From a bacterium (GTDB lineage: Bacteria; Electryoneota; Electryoneia; Electryoneales; Electryoneaceae): DNA of 64,000 bases. This document shows positions 28,362 to 40,289 of the stretch, piece after piece. The position numbers and the translations under genes are program-made. The DNA lies in NCBI GenBank assembly GCA_963675295.2, contig CAXXKJ010000002.1, forward strand, positions 2,240,001 to 2,304,000, in the 5' to 3' direction. How positions within the stretch are numbered: position 1 is the first letter of the stretch; the number at the start of each line of letters is the position of its first letter. The notes under the pieces were generated by a model, which worked only from the letters and a program-made list of their open reading frames with translations, had not been told where the DNA came from and made no database searches.

Positions 28362-30209
28362 CTAGCGAACCAATGCCACTCGGCGGATTTCATTGAGTTC
28401 GCCCGGAACGACGGCGTGCATGAAATACACCCCACTGGCAAGTGAACCGGCGTCGAGAGTGAAAGAATGTGTTCCGGCGGAATGCATGCCGTCGGCCACG
28501 GTATGAACGAGTTGGCCGGTAATGTTGAACATCTGAATCGTCAACGGAGCCGAACCAGGCAATTCAACCGTGATGACCGTCCGGGCGTTGAAGGGGTTCG
28601 GATACACTCCAACCAACCGGAAGCTTGAGGGAAGGCCGGACGACGTTGAGGATTCGTCGGCACCAGTCGTTGTCGATAAGTCCCAGCCCATGGAGGCCCA
28701 ATCCGTTAGTTGGCTGCCGGAAGCGCCGGATTCGGCCTTGGTGAAGGTGAAACTGTCCTCGGTCAAGGCGTCCGGATAATTGCCCGCGCGAAGGGTAAAA
28801 ATGTATTCGCCGGGAGGTGCGTATGCCGGAACACGCTGCGATGCGTAGTGGGAAATGGTTTCGCCAGCTCCGATGGTGAAGTTCAGGTTTTCATCGAGTG
28901 GTCCGACAGTATTGCCGAGCGGGGTTTCCGCGATGGTCCAGGCGTCCAGAGCAACAGGTTCATCAGCGGTGTTTGTCAGGGTCGCATGCCAGTGCAGGTT
29001 GAGGCCGTAGGGCGGAACGATTACCGGCGAGAACAAGGGTTCGGCGGACACGATAACGGGGTAGTAGCCCGGATTCGGGTCATCATAGATACGGAGCAGC
29101 CAACCACCGTCAGGATTGCCCCCGGCGACCATATATCCGCCCGCTGGCAGTTCGATAAATTCGTGTGCGGCACTGTCCCGCTGAGGGATATCTGATCCGT
29201 ACATGGCATCCCATACCAATGTACCATACTGATCAAGCTCGCCGATCCAGAGGTCTTGCCGGTTCCAGCCGGACCCGTGCATCCCACAAAATCCAATGGA
29301 TCCGTCGGCGGCGGGGAGAATGTCTGAGATGCGATCACTACCTTCGCTGAGATTGCCAAAGGTGCTTTCCCATTGGAGGTGGCCCTCAGAATCTGTGCGG
29401 ACACACAGGGCGTATGTTCCGAATTCGGGACTGTACCGAGATCCGCCAAATACGAAACCATCCTCCAGCTGAGCCACAGCTCTGAAATAGTCGTACTCGT
29501 CCGTCGCGTAGGTCTCCTGCCAGATTGTCCCGCCGTTCGGGCTGAGTTCCATTGCCCAGGCATCATATTCATCCGAACTGTGCGGTTTTACATACCCGCA
29601 GATCAGGTAATTTCCTGTATTTGTGACGATAGCGTCGACAATCCAGTGCCATTGTTGCATTCCACCGTAGTCGTCGCGAAAGATGGTCTCACCACTGGGC
29701 GAGAGCTTCCATATCAGGCCGACCTGTGGAAAGGCGCTGCCTCCGGTCGCGAGGATGTCGCCGTCAGCGTCGACGATAATGTTTCCACCGCTGCTCGGGT
29801 CGACGTAGTTCCATTCACGCAGCCAGATCAAGTTGCCGTCTGCATCCGTACGAAATACGGCGAACCTATTCTCATTTGACCGATATATGGATCCCGCGAA
29901 CACGTAGCCACCATCAGGGTAGGCTGCGAAATCGCCGACGACAATGTCGACACCACCTTGTAGAACCAAGGTTTGCAGCAACTCGCCGTCTTCGTTCACC
30001 CAGCGCATGACGGCGGTGGAATCGGTGTTTGCGAGGGTAACGACGCTACCATTCTCAGCGGGTTGAATCGCGGTAAGAGATCCGGGGTCGGGGAATACGT
30101 CGGTCCACAACGTGTCGCCGGGAGTGTAGGCATTGCTGGGATTTGAGCAGAAGAGAGTAACAACGGAGAGGATGAGGATCATGCGGGTCGAGTTCATAGG
30201 GCGCTCCAT
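28362..30209 (-). CDS. Secreted beta-propeller-like protein with type-A sorting domain (paralogue of 23984-25813)
   Basis: Same architecture; shared PGDxLW, DAWTxAxTPxGxxVGPL, VPxYAPxG, YPNPFNA and NEIRRVALxR. Confidence 0.85.
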   Translation of the reverse strand: MERPMNSTRMILILSVVTLFCSNPSNAYTPGDTLWTDVFPDPGSLTAIQPAENGSVVTLANTDSTAVMRWVNEDGELLQTLVLQGGVDIVVGDFAAYPDGGYVFAGSIYRSNENRFAVFRTDADGNLIWLREWNYVDPSSGGNIIVDADGDILATGGSAFPQVGLIWKLSPSGETIFRDDYGGMQQWHWIVDAIVTNTGNYLICGYVKPHSSDEYDAWAMELSPNGGTIWQETYATDEYDYFRAVAQLEDGFVFGGSRYSPEFGTYALCVRTDSEGHLQWESTFGNLSEGSDRISDILPAADGSIGFCGMHGSGWNRQDLWIGELDQYGTLVWDAMYGSDIPQRDSAAHEFIELPAGGYMVAGGNPDGGWLLRIYDDPNPGYYPVIVSAEPLFSPVIVPPYGLNLHWHATLTNTADEPVALDAWTIAETPLGNTVGPLDENLNFTIGAGETISHYASQRVPAYAPPGEYIFTLRAGNYPDALTEDSFTFTKAESGASGSQLTDWASMGWDLSTTTGADESSTSSGLPSSFRLVGVYPNPFNARTVITVELPGSAPLTIQMFNITGQLVHTVADGMHSAGTHSFTLDAGSLASGVYFMHAVVPGELNEIRRVALVR

Positions 30210-30290
30210 GATGAAATACGTGTATTGATAGTATCGTACCCGGCCAGCCGGCCGGGTACGACGGCAAGACTTAAAGTATAGAGATACGAC

Positions 30291-31721
30291 CTACTTCTGC
30301 AATTCCTGCAGTTCGCCGCGCTGCTTGCGGGTTTCGACGTCGAGCCAGCGGCGTCCAAGCAGCAGCATGATCGGGCTGACCATGGTGCTGATGCCGACGA
30401 TAATCCACATCAGTTCGGTGTTGCGTTCTCCGATGGTGGAGCCTTCCGCGCACATGTTGGCGAGCAGGATGCCGGTAATCGGTCCGGCGGCGACCTTGGC
30501 GAAGAACATCGGGGCCTTGGAGTAGGCCATGTAGCTGGATTCCTTGCCCGGGGGCGCGACGTTCGCGGTGTAGTCGTAAATGCGGGGCGAATACAGCGCC
30601 TCGCCGATGGAGAGCACCACCTGGAACATGACGATCATCATGATCGATTCGCCGACACCCATGAAGAACACCGATCCCGCCGAGACGAACGACCCCAACA
30701 TGATGACGTTGTAGGCTTTCATCTGCCGTGTCAGGGCGGTCATCACCGGCACAAGGAAGATGATGATGAGTGGATTGATAGAGTACAGCTTGCCGGTCCA
30801 CTCGCTGAAGCCGATGCGTTCCATGTACAGCGGGTACAGGGAGTGGTTGTACTGGAAGATCATCTTGACCAGAACGAGCAGGAAAATGAAGGTGATGAAG
30901 ATCCAGAAGGTTCGTTCCTTGACCACCTCCTTCATCACGTCCAAGGCGGTTTTGTGTTGCGATTCCTGCTGGGCTTTGTCCTGCGCTTCGGCTTTTTTGC
31001 GGGACTCTTCGTCGTTCTCGTCACTAGCCAGTTCCTCCGGCGGAATGCGGTTGCGGACGAGGAAGATGACCAGCGCGAGCGAGACGAAGGTAGCAACCAC
31101 CGCGACGGCAAAGATGATCTGGATTGGACGGATGACGAGATCCATGCCGAGGAAGCCGAAAGCGATGGGTTCGGTGAAGGTGGAGCGGAGGCCGTCCAGG
31201 CTGATGCCGGCGATGAAGCTGCCGACATTCATGACGACGTAATACCACGAGAAGGCGTAGGACTGAGCCTTTTTCGTGCTGAACAGCTTGACCGCCGCCG
31301 CAATCAGTGGGATCATGTAGGCGAAGCCGACGGAGAGCACGAACAGGCCGGGGTAGACAAACCACGGGTTGGTGGTGAAGGTGATCGCCAGTCGTCCGAC
31401 GAGGGCAATCAGCAGTCCGACAATCAGCGCTTTCTTGATGCCGAGGCTGTCCGCGATGAAACCGACGAAGAGCATGAAGAACGACATCGATGCGGACCAG
31501 AGGCCGAAGATAGTGCCGGCCATGGTGTCGGTGAGGCCCATGTCCTGCGTGAGGAAGATCATCAGCACGAGGACGGAGGAGAAGTAGGCCAGCGACTCCA
31601 GAACCTTGACGGCGTAGGCGATCCAGATCTCGCGCGGACAATGGCCGAGGTTGATCAAGCCGTTTTTGTAATCGATCGCCGCGTCTTTGAGGGCTGTTCC
31701 AACTCTCAGCGCTGGATTCAT
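30291..31721 (-). CDS. MFS transporter, POT/peptide-transporter-like
   Basis: About 12 TM segments, GFIADSLGIKK, YYVVMNVGS, SINPLIII, GEALYSP; CAGGAG SD before ATG 31721. Confidence 0.85.
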   Translation of the reverse strand: MNPALRVGTALKDAAIDYKNGLINLGHCPREIWIAYAVKVLESLAYFSSVLVLMIFLTQDMGLTDTMAGTIFGLWSASMSFFMLFVGFIADSLGIKKALIVGLLIALVGRLAITFTTNPWFVYPGLFVLSVGFAYMIPLIAAAVKLFSTKKAQSYAFSWYYVVMNVGSFIAGISLDGLRSTFTEPIAFGFLGMDLVIRPIQIIFAVAVVATFVSLALVIFLVRNRIPPEELASDENDEESRKKAEAQDKAQQESQHKTALDVMKEVVKERTFWIFITFIFLLVLVKMIFQYNHSLYPLYMERIGFSEWTGKLYSINPLIIIFLVPVMTALTRQMKAYNVIMLGSFVSAGSVFFMGVGESIMMIVMFQVVLSIGEALYSPRIYDYTANVAPPGKESSYMAYSKAPMFFAKVAAGPITGILLANMCAEGSTIGERNTELMWIIVGISTMVSPIMLLLGRRWLDVETRKQRGELQELQK

Positions 31722-31815
31722 CAGCAATTCTCCTGCATCGGATGGATTCACGAGTGAAGTTTAAGTACGACTGTGGACTCAGCTACCGCAAGCCCTGACG
31801 GAGAAGGAGCATAAA

Positions 31816-32949
31816 ATGTTGTCTATTGAACCGGCCAGCCTGTGGCGTCCCGGAATCGTATCCGGCCTGATGATGATGCTGTTCATCGGCTGTGGGGACG
31901 ATGGGGTGACGGTCGCGCAAAGCGGCGATTTGCGTATGCCGGCAGGATTTGTGATCGAGGAGTATGCGGTGGTGCCGAACGCGCGGTCAATGGTGTTGGG
32001 CGACGAGGGGACGTTGTTCGTGGGGACTCGCAGTGAAGACCGGGTGTACGCGTTGACGGACGATGACGGCGACGGGGTCCACGACACTCGGCATGTGATC
32101 GCGACCGGTCTGAACATGCCGAACGGGGTGGCGTTCAAGGATGGCGCGCTGTATGTGGCGGAGGTGTCGCGTGTGCTGCGGTATGACGATATCGAGGCGA
32201 ATCTCGACAATGTGCCGGAGCCGGTGGTGATCCGTGACGATTTCCCGACGGACCGCAGCCACGGTTGGAAGTACATCGCGTTCGGGCCGGACGGGAAGCT
32301 GTATGTGCCGGTAGGGGCTCCGTGCAACATCTGCGATCCAGACGAGGCGATCTATGCGACGATTATCCGGATGGAGGCCGATGGGTCGAATCTGGAGATT
32401 GTCGCGCATGGAATCCGGAACACGGTCGGGTTCGACTGGCATCCGGAGACGGGCGAATTGTGGTTCACCGACAACGGGCGCGACTGGCTCGGTGATGATC
32501 TGCCGCCGGACGAACTGAACCGGGTGGCGTTCGCGGGCCAGCATTTCGGGTATCCGTACGTGCACGGCGACGGACTGGAGGACCCGGAATTCTACGGCTT
32601 GATGCCGGATACGGTGGTGTGGACCGCGCCGGAACGTGAGCTCGGGCCGCATGTGGCGGCGTTGGGGATGGATTTCTATGAGGGTTCGATGTTCCCCGGG
32701 GAATACCAGAATCAATTATTTATCGCTGAACACGGATCGTGGAACCGGAGTGAAAAGATTGGGTACCGAGTGATGCTGGCGCGGCTGGATGCGGGCGAGG
32801 TTGTCAGCTACGAACCGTTCGCGACTGGCTGGCTGGGTGCGGATGGTTCGGTGAGTGGGCGGCCGGTGGATGTGATCGAATTGCCGGACGGGTCGCTGTT
32901 GATTTCGGACGACTATGCGGGAAAAATCTATCGTGTTCGTTACAACTGA
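31816..32949 (+). CDS. PQQ-dependent sugar/sorbosone dehydrogenase family protein
   Basis: FGPDGKLYV, GIRNTVGFDW, DNGRD..PPDELN, HGSWNR, GRPVDV..DGSLLISDD. Confidence 0.9.
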   Translation: MLSIEPASLWRPGIVSGLMMMLFIGCGDDGVTVAQSGDLRMPAGFVIEEYAVVPNARSMVLGDEGTLFVGTRSEDRVYALTDDDGDGVHDTRHVIATGLNMPNGVAFKDGALYVAEVSRVLRYDDIEANLDNVPEPVVIRDDFPTDRSHGWKYIAFGPDGKLYVPVGAPCNICDPDEAIYATIIRMEADGSNLEIVAHGIRNTVGFDWHPETGELWFTDNGRDWLGDDLPPDELNRVAFAGQHFGYPYVHGDGLEDPEFYGLMPDTVVWTAPERELGPHVAALGMDFYEGSMFPGEYQNQLFIAEHGSWNRSEKIGYRVMLARLDAGEVVSYEPFATGWLGADGSVSGRPVDVIELPDGSLLISDDYAGKIYRVRYN

Positions 32950-33271
32950 GCGCGCGGTGGAGGAGTGTTTCCGGGCTCAGTGTTGATCAATCCGGTGCAA
33001 GGCTCGGGAATTGTGGCTTGAATTAGGCGAACTTAATTGTGAAGAAGGGTGCATAATTACGGAAAATGGTTAGCTGGAACTCACCTCAAGCTTAGTTTTT
33101 CGCGAAAAATGGTGCGGAGAACGGGGGATTCTTGCCCCTCGGAGTCCAGAGGCTGACTGTAGCGTCCAAGTCGTTTATATTCCCCGGATCTAAGACCTTG
33201 AACGCAAGCATTTGATCGTTCAACTGTTCCCGGGAGCCGGCGTGCATGGCCGCTCAGCGTAACGTTGGTGA

Positions 33272-34669
<1,398 letters not shown>

Positions 34670-34695
34670 TCCAGACCATCAGCGATGAAGAGTTC

Positions 34696-34736
34696 ACGGC
34701 GCGGGATGGATGCATGTCCCGCGCCGTATTATTTTG
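34696..34736 (+). terminator. Hairpin/terminator after gdhA
   Basis: ACGGCGCGGGA / TCCCGCGCCGT stem followed by ATTATTTT. Confidence 0.65.
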
Positions 34737-34775
34737 CGCACGTAAAAATGACGCAACGATGATGCGGAGGAGAGG

Positions 34776-37700
34776 GTGTCCGAGGAGTTGTCAAACCAGG
34801 AATCCGGCGGTTCCGGAATACTGACCGAAGCGCTGCAGGCGAGTGTCTGGACGGATCCGTCCACCCGGTACACAAACTTCCAGCAGCTGATGCGGCGGCG
34901 GGTGAACAACATCCTGCTTGTCAGCAGCCTGTACGACTCGTTCATCCTCGCGCAGGATGGACAGCTGGAAGAGTTGATGCTCAGCGAGTTCATGCAGCTG
35001 AACCTGTACCACGCGCCGAGCCTGACGCGTGTGCAGACGGGTTCCCAGGCGCTCGAAATTGCCCGCTCCAGCAACCATTTCAACATGATTGTCGCGACGG
35101 CGAACATCGGCGACATGCCAGTGGACGAGTTCGCCCGGCGGTTGCATGAGTCCGGTGCGGACATCCCGCTGATTCTGCTGACGTATGACAACCGTGAGAT
35201 CGACCGGCTGATTCGTCGCGGTCATGATGAATTGTTCGACAGGATCTTCCTGTGGCAGGGCGACTTCCGGGTGTTGCTGGCGATGGTGAAGTACGTGGAG
35301 GATCGCCTGAACGCCGATCACGATACCAAAGTGATGGGCGTGCAGACGATCTTGCTCGTGGAAGACAACATCCGCTTCTATTCGTCTTACCTGCCGTTGA
35401 TTTACGGCGAGCTGATGGAGCAGAGCCAGCAGTTGCTGGGTGAGGGGATGAACCTCGCGAACCGCATCCTGCGGATGCGTGCGCGTCCGAAAATTCTGCT
35501 GTGTACGACGTACGAAGAGGCATGGCAGACATACATGAAGTACGAGAAGAACATGCTCGGCGTGATCACCGACGTCGAGTATGCCCGCAACGGCGAGAAA
35601 GATCCGGAGGCGGGGATTCACCTCGTGCAGGCGATTCGTGAACGGCGGGAAGACATTCCGATCCTGATGCAGTCGTTCGAGCAGGAATGGGCGAAGCGTG
35701 CGCGGGATCTGCATGTCGGGTTCATCCAGAAGGATTCGCCGACATTGCTGAACAAACTGCGAAAGGTGATGAAGAATTCGTTCAGCTTCGGCGACTTCGA
35801 ATTCTACATGCCGAACGGGCAGTACATCGGGCGGGCGAGCGACCTGAAGTCGTTGCAGAACATGATCTCGACCGTGCCAGCCGAGAGCCTGCTGCATCAC
35901 GCGAAACACGACCATTTCTCGAGCTGGCTGAAGGCACGCACCGAGTTTGCGATCGCGGCTCAGTTCAAAGCGATGCGCGCGGCCGATTATCCCGATCCGA
36001 ATGTGTTGCGTGGCGAATTGATCGTTGCGTTGAGCAACTTCCGGATGGAACGGTTCCGTGGCCTGATCGCCGATTTTCAGCCGCACAACTTCGATCCGCG
36101 ATCCAGTTTCGCCCGTCTCGGTGGTGGTTCGATGGGCGGCAAGGCGCGCGGACTGGCGTTTCTGGCGCATCTCGTGGACCGGTTGGATCTGCACAAGAAA
36201 TGGGACGGTATCCGGGTCTCTGTGCCGGCGACGGTGGTGCTGGGGACGGATGCGTTCGACCAGTTTCTCGAGAACAACGATCTGGACGATTTCGCCCTTG
36301 AGTGTGAGGATGATGGCGAACTGGCGCAGCGGTTCCTCGAAGCGGAGTTCCCGAAACCGCTCAAGGACCAGCTCAGCGAACTGCTGAAGCTGATGGATTA
36401 TCCGATTGCGGTGCGATCTTCCGGCCTACTGGAAGACAGCCTGTTCCAGCCGTTCGCGGGGATCTACTCGACGTACATGCTGCCGAACAATCACCCGGTG
36501 TTCAACGTGCGGCTGGAAGCGCTGATCCGGGCGATCAAGCTGGTTTACGCGTCAACATTTGCGCAGAAGTCGCGGTCCTATTTCCGCTCGACGCCGTATC
36601 GTCTCGAGGAAGAGAAGATGGCGGTGATCGTGCAGCGCCTTGTAGGTGTGGAGCACGGGCAACGATTTTACCCGGACTTTGCGGGGGTGGCGCGTTCGTA
36701 CAACTTCTACCCATCACCGCCGGCGGAGTCGACGGACGGTATCGCGAATGTCGGGTTGGGGTTTGGGTCGTATGTGATGGACGGCGGGGAAGGGGTGCGT
36801 TTCTGCCCGAAGTATCCGCAGCATATCGCCCAGTTTGCGACGATCAGCGACATGCTGAACTATTCGCAGAAACAGTTCTACTGCCTCAAGTTGCCAGCGA
36901 ATTCCGAAATGGATGTGCTGGACGAATTGAAGCTGGAACACTGCGACCTGACGGTGGCGAAGGATCATGGCACGCTGACGGCGACGGGGTCGGTATATTC
37001 GCACGAGAATCGCGCGGTGTACGATGGGGTTTCGCGTGCGGGGATGCCGCTGGTGACGTTTGCCCCGATTCTCAAGCACGGTCTGTTCCCGTTGGCAGAC
37101 ATCCTGTCGACGATGCTGGAAATCTCGGAACGTGGGGTCAGCCGCCAGGTGGAGCTGGAATTTGCGGTCAATTACACGGTTACGGAAGGGCCGCGGGAAT
37201 TTGTGTTGTTGCAACTGCGTCCGTTGGTGTTGAGCCAGGAACAGGAAATCCTTGAAGTCGGCGGCTATGATGAAGGCGACACGATCTGCTGCTCCGACAA
37301 GGTGCTGGGTGCGGGCCGGATTCAGGATATCCAGGATATCGTGTTCGTGGACAGCAAAGGGTTCGACCGGGCGAAAACGCGTGAGGTTGCGGCCGAGGTC
37401 GCGAAACTGAACTCGCAGCTGGAAGCGGAAAACCGGCCCTATCTGCTGATCGGGCTGGGTCGATGGGGCAGTACCGACCCGTGGCTCGGGATTCCGGTGT
37501 CGTGGGATCAGATCAGCGGGGCGCGGGTGATTGTCGAGTCCGGGTTCGAGGACATCAAGGTGACGCCGTCCGAGGGCGCGCATTTCTTCCACAACATCAC
37601 GTCGCTAAGTATCGGCTATTTCACGGTCAACGAGGACGGTGGCGAAGGACGGCTGGACTGGCCATGGTTGCGCAAACACGCCGTTCCGGAAACCGAGGAT

Positions 37701-37865
37701 GGCCTGGTGCGGCGGGTGCGGCTGGATGAGCCGTTGCAAGTGCTGATGGACGGCCACAACCACAAGGGTGTAATTCTGAAGCCGGGGGTGAAGTACCGTC
37801 CGAACGGTGATGCGCCGACCCGGGACTCCAGCGAAGAACGGGCGAAGGCGAAGGACTGGGAATAA
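34776..37865 (+). CDS. Receiver-like domains fused to a PEP/pyruvate-binding (PPDK N-terminal ATP-grasp) domain
   Basis: ILLVEDN and GVITDVEY receiver-like segments; GGKARGL, AVRSSGLLEDS..FAGIYST, EKMAVIVQ, EFA..LLQLRP. Confidence 0.85.
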   Translation: MSEELSNQESGGSGILTEALQASVWTDPSTRYTNFQQLMRRRVNNILLVSSLYDSFILAQDGQLEELMLSEFMQLNLYHAPSLTRVQTGSQALEIARSSNHFNMIVATANIGDMPVDEFARRLHESGADIPLILLTYDNREIDRLIRRGHDELFDRIFLWQGDFRVLLAMVKYVEDRLNADHDTKVMGVQTILLVEDNIRFYSSYLPLIYGELMEQSQQLLGEGMNLANRILRMRARPKILLCTTYEEAWQTYMKYEKNMLGVITDVEYARNGEKDPEAGIHLVQAIRERREDIPILMQSFEQEWAKRARDLHVGFIQKDSPTLLNKLRKVMKNSFSFGDFEFYMPNGQYIGRASDLKSLQNMISTVPAESLLHHAKHDHFSSWLKARTEFAIAAQFKAMRAADYPDPNVLRGELIVALSNFRMERFRGLIADFQPHNFDPRSSFARLGGGSMGGKARGLAFLAHLVDRLDLHKKWDGIRVSVPATVVLGTDAFDQFLENNDLDDFALECEDDGELAQRFLEAEFPKPLKDQLSELLKLMDYPIAVRSSGLLEDSLFQPFAGIYSTYMLPNNHPVFNVRLEALIRAIKLVYASTFAQKSRSYFRSTPYRLEEEKMAVIVQRLVGVEHGQRFYPDFAGVARSYNFYPSPPAESTDGIANVGLGFGSYVMDGGEGVRFCPKYPQHIAQFATISDMLNYSQKQFYCLKLPANSEMDVLDELKLEHCDLTVAKDHGTLTATGSVYSHENRAVYDGVSRAGMPLVTFAPILKHGLFPLADILSTMLEISERGVSRQVELEFAVNYTVTEGPREFVLLQLRPLVLSQEQEILEVGGYDEGDTICCSDKVLGAGRIQDIQDIVFVDSKGFDRAKTREVAAEVAKLNSQLEAENRPYLLIGLGRWGSTDPWLGIPVSWDQISGARVIVESGFEDIKVTPSEGAHFFHNITSLSIGYFTVNEDGGEGRLDWPWLRKHAVPETEDGLVRRVRLDEPLQVLMDGHNHKGVILKPGVKYRPNGDAPTRDSSEERAKAKDWE

Positions 37866-37954
37866 GGGTCCGTCGAGATGAAGGGTTCGAGATGAAAACC
37901 GGGGTACGTTCGATGAACGTGCCCCGGTTTGTTGTGTCAAGACCGGCTAAGATA

Positions 37955-39253
37955 TCAGCCGAAGATCAGTTCCGTGCCGGGCTCAAGGACGGCGCCTTTG
38001 TGGATGCAGAGGATGCCGTCGCGAAGTGTCCAGCCGTCGCCGTACTTGTCTTCCTTGTCGCCGCCGACGAGTTTGCAGCCGTCGCCGACGTGCGCGTTCT
38101 TGTCGATGATCGCCTGGCGGACGTAGCAGTGTTTTCCGATCCCCATCTGGGGGATTTTTTTCGCCTCGAAGGTGTCACGTTCCTCTTTGGTTGGGTAGTA
38201 GTCCTGGCCCATGACGATGACGTGTTCGAGGCGGCTGCTCATGCCGACGACGCTGCGGATACCGATCACAGAGTGGAAAATATCGCAGTGATCGACGATG
38301 CAGCCGTCCGAGAGTAGCGCGCGCGAGAAGCTGGCACCATTGATCTTGCTCGGCGGGAGGAAGCGGCCGTGCGTGTAGATGCGGTCGACATCATCGAAGA
38401 AGTTGAACTTCGGAATCGGATCGGTCAGCGAGAGGTTAGCGTCAAAGAACGCGCGAATGGTTCCGATGTCTTCCCAGTAATCGTTGTACTGGTGGGCGTA
38501 GACTTTCATCCCCTGCTGGATGGCGTGGGGGAGGATTTCCTTGCCGAAGTCTTCGTCCTCGGATGCGGACAACAGGTCGTGCAGCACCTCGCGATTGAAG
38601 ACGTAGACGCCCATGTTCGCGAGGAACAATCCCTTGCGCACTGGTTCTTTGCGCAGCTCGAAATACTTTGGCTGGATCTCGATCGAGTCGATGACCTTGT
38701 CTTCGTTCGGCTTCTCGATGAATCGTTCGATCTGACCATTGAGGTCAATGTCCATCACCCCGAGGCCGGGGACCAGGTCACGGGACACTTCGAGCGCGGC
38801 GACGGTGACATCGGCACCGCGTTCCCGGTGTTCCTCGACCATCTGCGAGTAGTCCATCCGGTAGAGGTGGTCGCCGGAGAGGATGAGGAACTCGTCGAAA
38901 CGCATGGTTTCGGCGTGGCGCAGGGTTTTGCGGATGGCGTCCGCGGTTCCCTGGTACCAGTCGTTCTGGTCCTTCATGTCGGTTTGTTCGGCGGCGAGGA
39001 TGTTGACAAATCCTTCGCGGCGGAACGGGTCAAACCGGTAAGCCGTGCTGATATGCTGGTTCAGACTCTGGGCGAGGAACTGGGTGAGCACGAAAATCCG
39101 GTCGATTCCGGAATTGATACAGTTGGAGATCGGGATATCGATCAGCCTGTACTTACCAGCAAGCGGGACCGCTGGTTTCGAGCGTTCCTTGGTCAGCGGA
39201 AACAACCGCGTGCCGCGTCCCCCTCCGAGAATCATCGCGAGCACATTTTGCAT
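37955..39253 (-). CDS. glgC: Glucose-1-phosphate adenylyltransferase
   Basis: ILGGGRGTRLFPLT..KPAVP..YRLID, WYQGTADA, LSGDHLYRMDY, YWEDIGT. Confidence 0.97.
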   Translation of the reverse strand: MQNVLAMILGGGRGTRLFPLTKERSKPAVPLAGKYRLIDIPISNCINSGIDRIFVLTQFLAQSLNQHISTAYRFDPFRREGFVNILAAEQTDMKDQNDWYQGTADAIRKTLRHAETMRFDEFLILSGDHLYRMDYSQMVEEHRERGADVTVAALEVSRDLVPGLGVMDIDLNGQIERFIEKPNEDKVIDSIEIQPKYFELRKEPVRKGLFLANMGVYVFNREVLHDLLSASEDEDFGKEILPHAIQQGMKVYAHQYNDYWEDIGTIRAFFDANLSLTDPIPKFNFFDDVDRIYTHGRFLPPSKINGASFSRALLSDGCIVDHCDIFHSVIGIRSVVGMSSRLEHVIVMGQDYYPTKEERDTFEAKKIPQMGIGKHCYVRQAIIDKNAHVGDGCKLVGGDKEDKYGDGWTLRDGILCIHKGAVLEPGTELIFG

Positions 39254-39283
39254 GGGTACCTCTCAAACGTACGGGGTTGATGG

Positions 39284-39970
39284 TTACTGGTTGTCGCGTG
39301 CCTGCTGCAGAATGGTGACAGTGGCGGAGGCACCAATTCGTGTTGCACCGGCCTTGATCATGGTCATCGCGTTTTGATAGGTACGAATCCCGCCGGATGC
39401 TTTCACGCCGATTTTTCCTTTTGCGACCTCGGCGAGAATGGTGACAGCCTCGACGGTCGCGCCTCCGGAGGCGAATCCGGTGGACGTTTTGAGGAAATCA
39501 GCGCCGCCACGTACCGCCGCCTTGGCAGCTTCGCGGGTATCATGAGCATTCAGCTCGCTGGTCTCGAGGATCGCCTTGACGGTAAATGTACCTGCGGCTT
39601 CCTTCACCGCCCGGACATTCGCCTCGACATAATCCCAGCTCTCCGATCGCCCGATACCGTACGGTATGACCATGTCGAATTCATGAGCGCCGTCTTCAAT
39701 CGCTCGTGCGGTCTCGGCCTCGAGGGCGGGGTAGGCGGTGGCGCCGTGCGGAAATCCAATCACGGTACAGACCGGCACTCCAGACCCGACGAGCTCGACG
39801 TGCGCTTCCTTCACCCAGATCGGGTGGACGCAGACGCTGGCGACTTTCCACTCACGTGCTTCCTGGCAGATGCGCACGATGTCCTTGCGTGCCGCGCCGG
39901 GGTTCAGCAGAGTATGGTCAAAGTATTTCGCGAGTTCCGCGACAGACAGTTTTTCGGGATGTTTGTTCAT
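39284..39970 (-). CDS. deoC: Deoxyribose-phosphate aldolase
   Basis: DHTLL, TVIGFPHG, KAILET, KTSTGF, KASGGIR, RIGAS. Confidence 0.97.
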   Translation of the reverse strand: MNKHPEKLSVAELAKYFDHTLLNPGAARKDIVRICQEAREWKVASVCVHPIWVKEAHVELVGSGVPVCTVIGFPHGATAYPALEAETARAIEDGAHEFDMVIPYGIGRSESWDYVEANVRAVKEAAGTFTVKAILETSELNAHDTREAAKAAVRGGADFLKTSTGFASGGATVEAVTILAEVAKGKIGVKASGGIRTYQNAMTMIKAGATRIGASATVTILQQARDNQ

Positions 39971-39977
39971 GGCAGAC

Positions 39978-40289
39978 TCAGATTCGTACCGCGGTGCCCG
40001 ATGCGGAAACCATCAGCATGCCTTCCCGCACCACTTCATAATCGAGATCGACGCCGATGACGGCATTCGCGCCGAGCGTCGCTGCTTCATCCTGCATCTC
40101 GCGCAGGGCGATCTGACGTGCCTGCTTGAGCTTGCTCTCGTAGGCGCCGCTGCGTCCGCCGATGACATCGGTGATGGAGGCGAACAGGTCACGGACGATG
40201 TTGGCGCCCATGATCGCTTCGCCGCTGACGACGCCGAGGTATTCCTGCACGGTTTGCCCGTCGATCAGCGTCGTGGTGGTGACAATCAT
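39978..40289 (-). CDS. ybjQ: YbjQ/UPF0145 family (putative heavy-metal-binding) protein
   Basis: [46 protein letters not shown]. Confidence 0.93.
   Translation of the reverse strand: MIVTTTTLIDGQTVQEYLGVVSGEAIMGANIVRDLFASITDVIGGRSGAYESKLKQARQIALREMQDEAATLGANAVIGVDLDYEVVREGMLMVSASGTAVRI

Noticed and set aside
23984-30209. Diversity-generating retroelement suggested by the paralogous C-termini
   Set aside because: No reverse transcriptase, and the paralogues differ throughout rather than specifically at adenines.
33109-33200. TGGTGCGGAG.. resembling the 3' end of a minus-strand tRNA
   Set aside because: No T-loop complement (CGAACC) at the expected distance and no cloverleaf could be folded.
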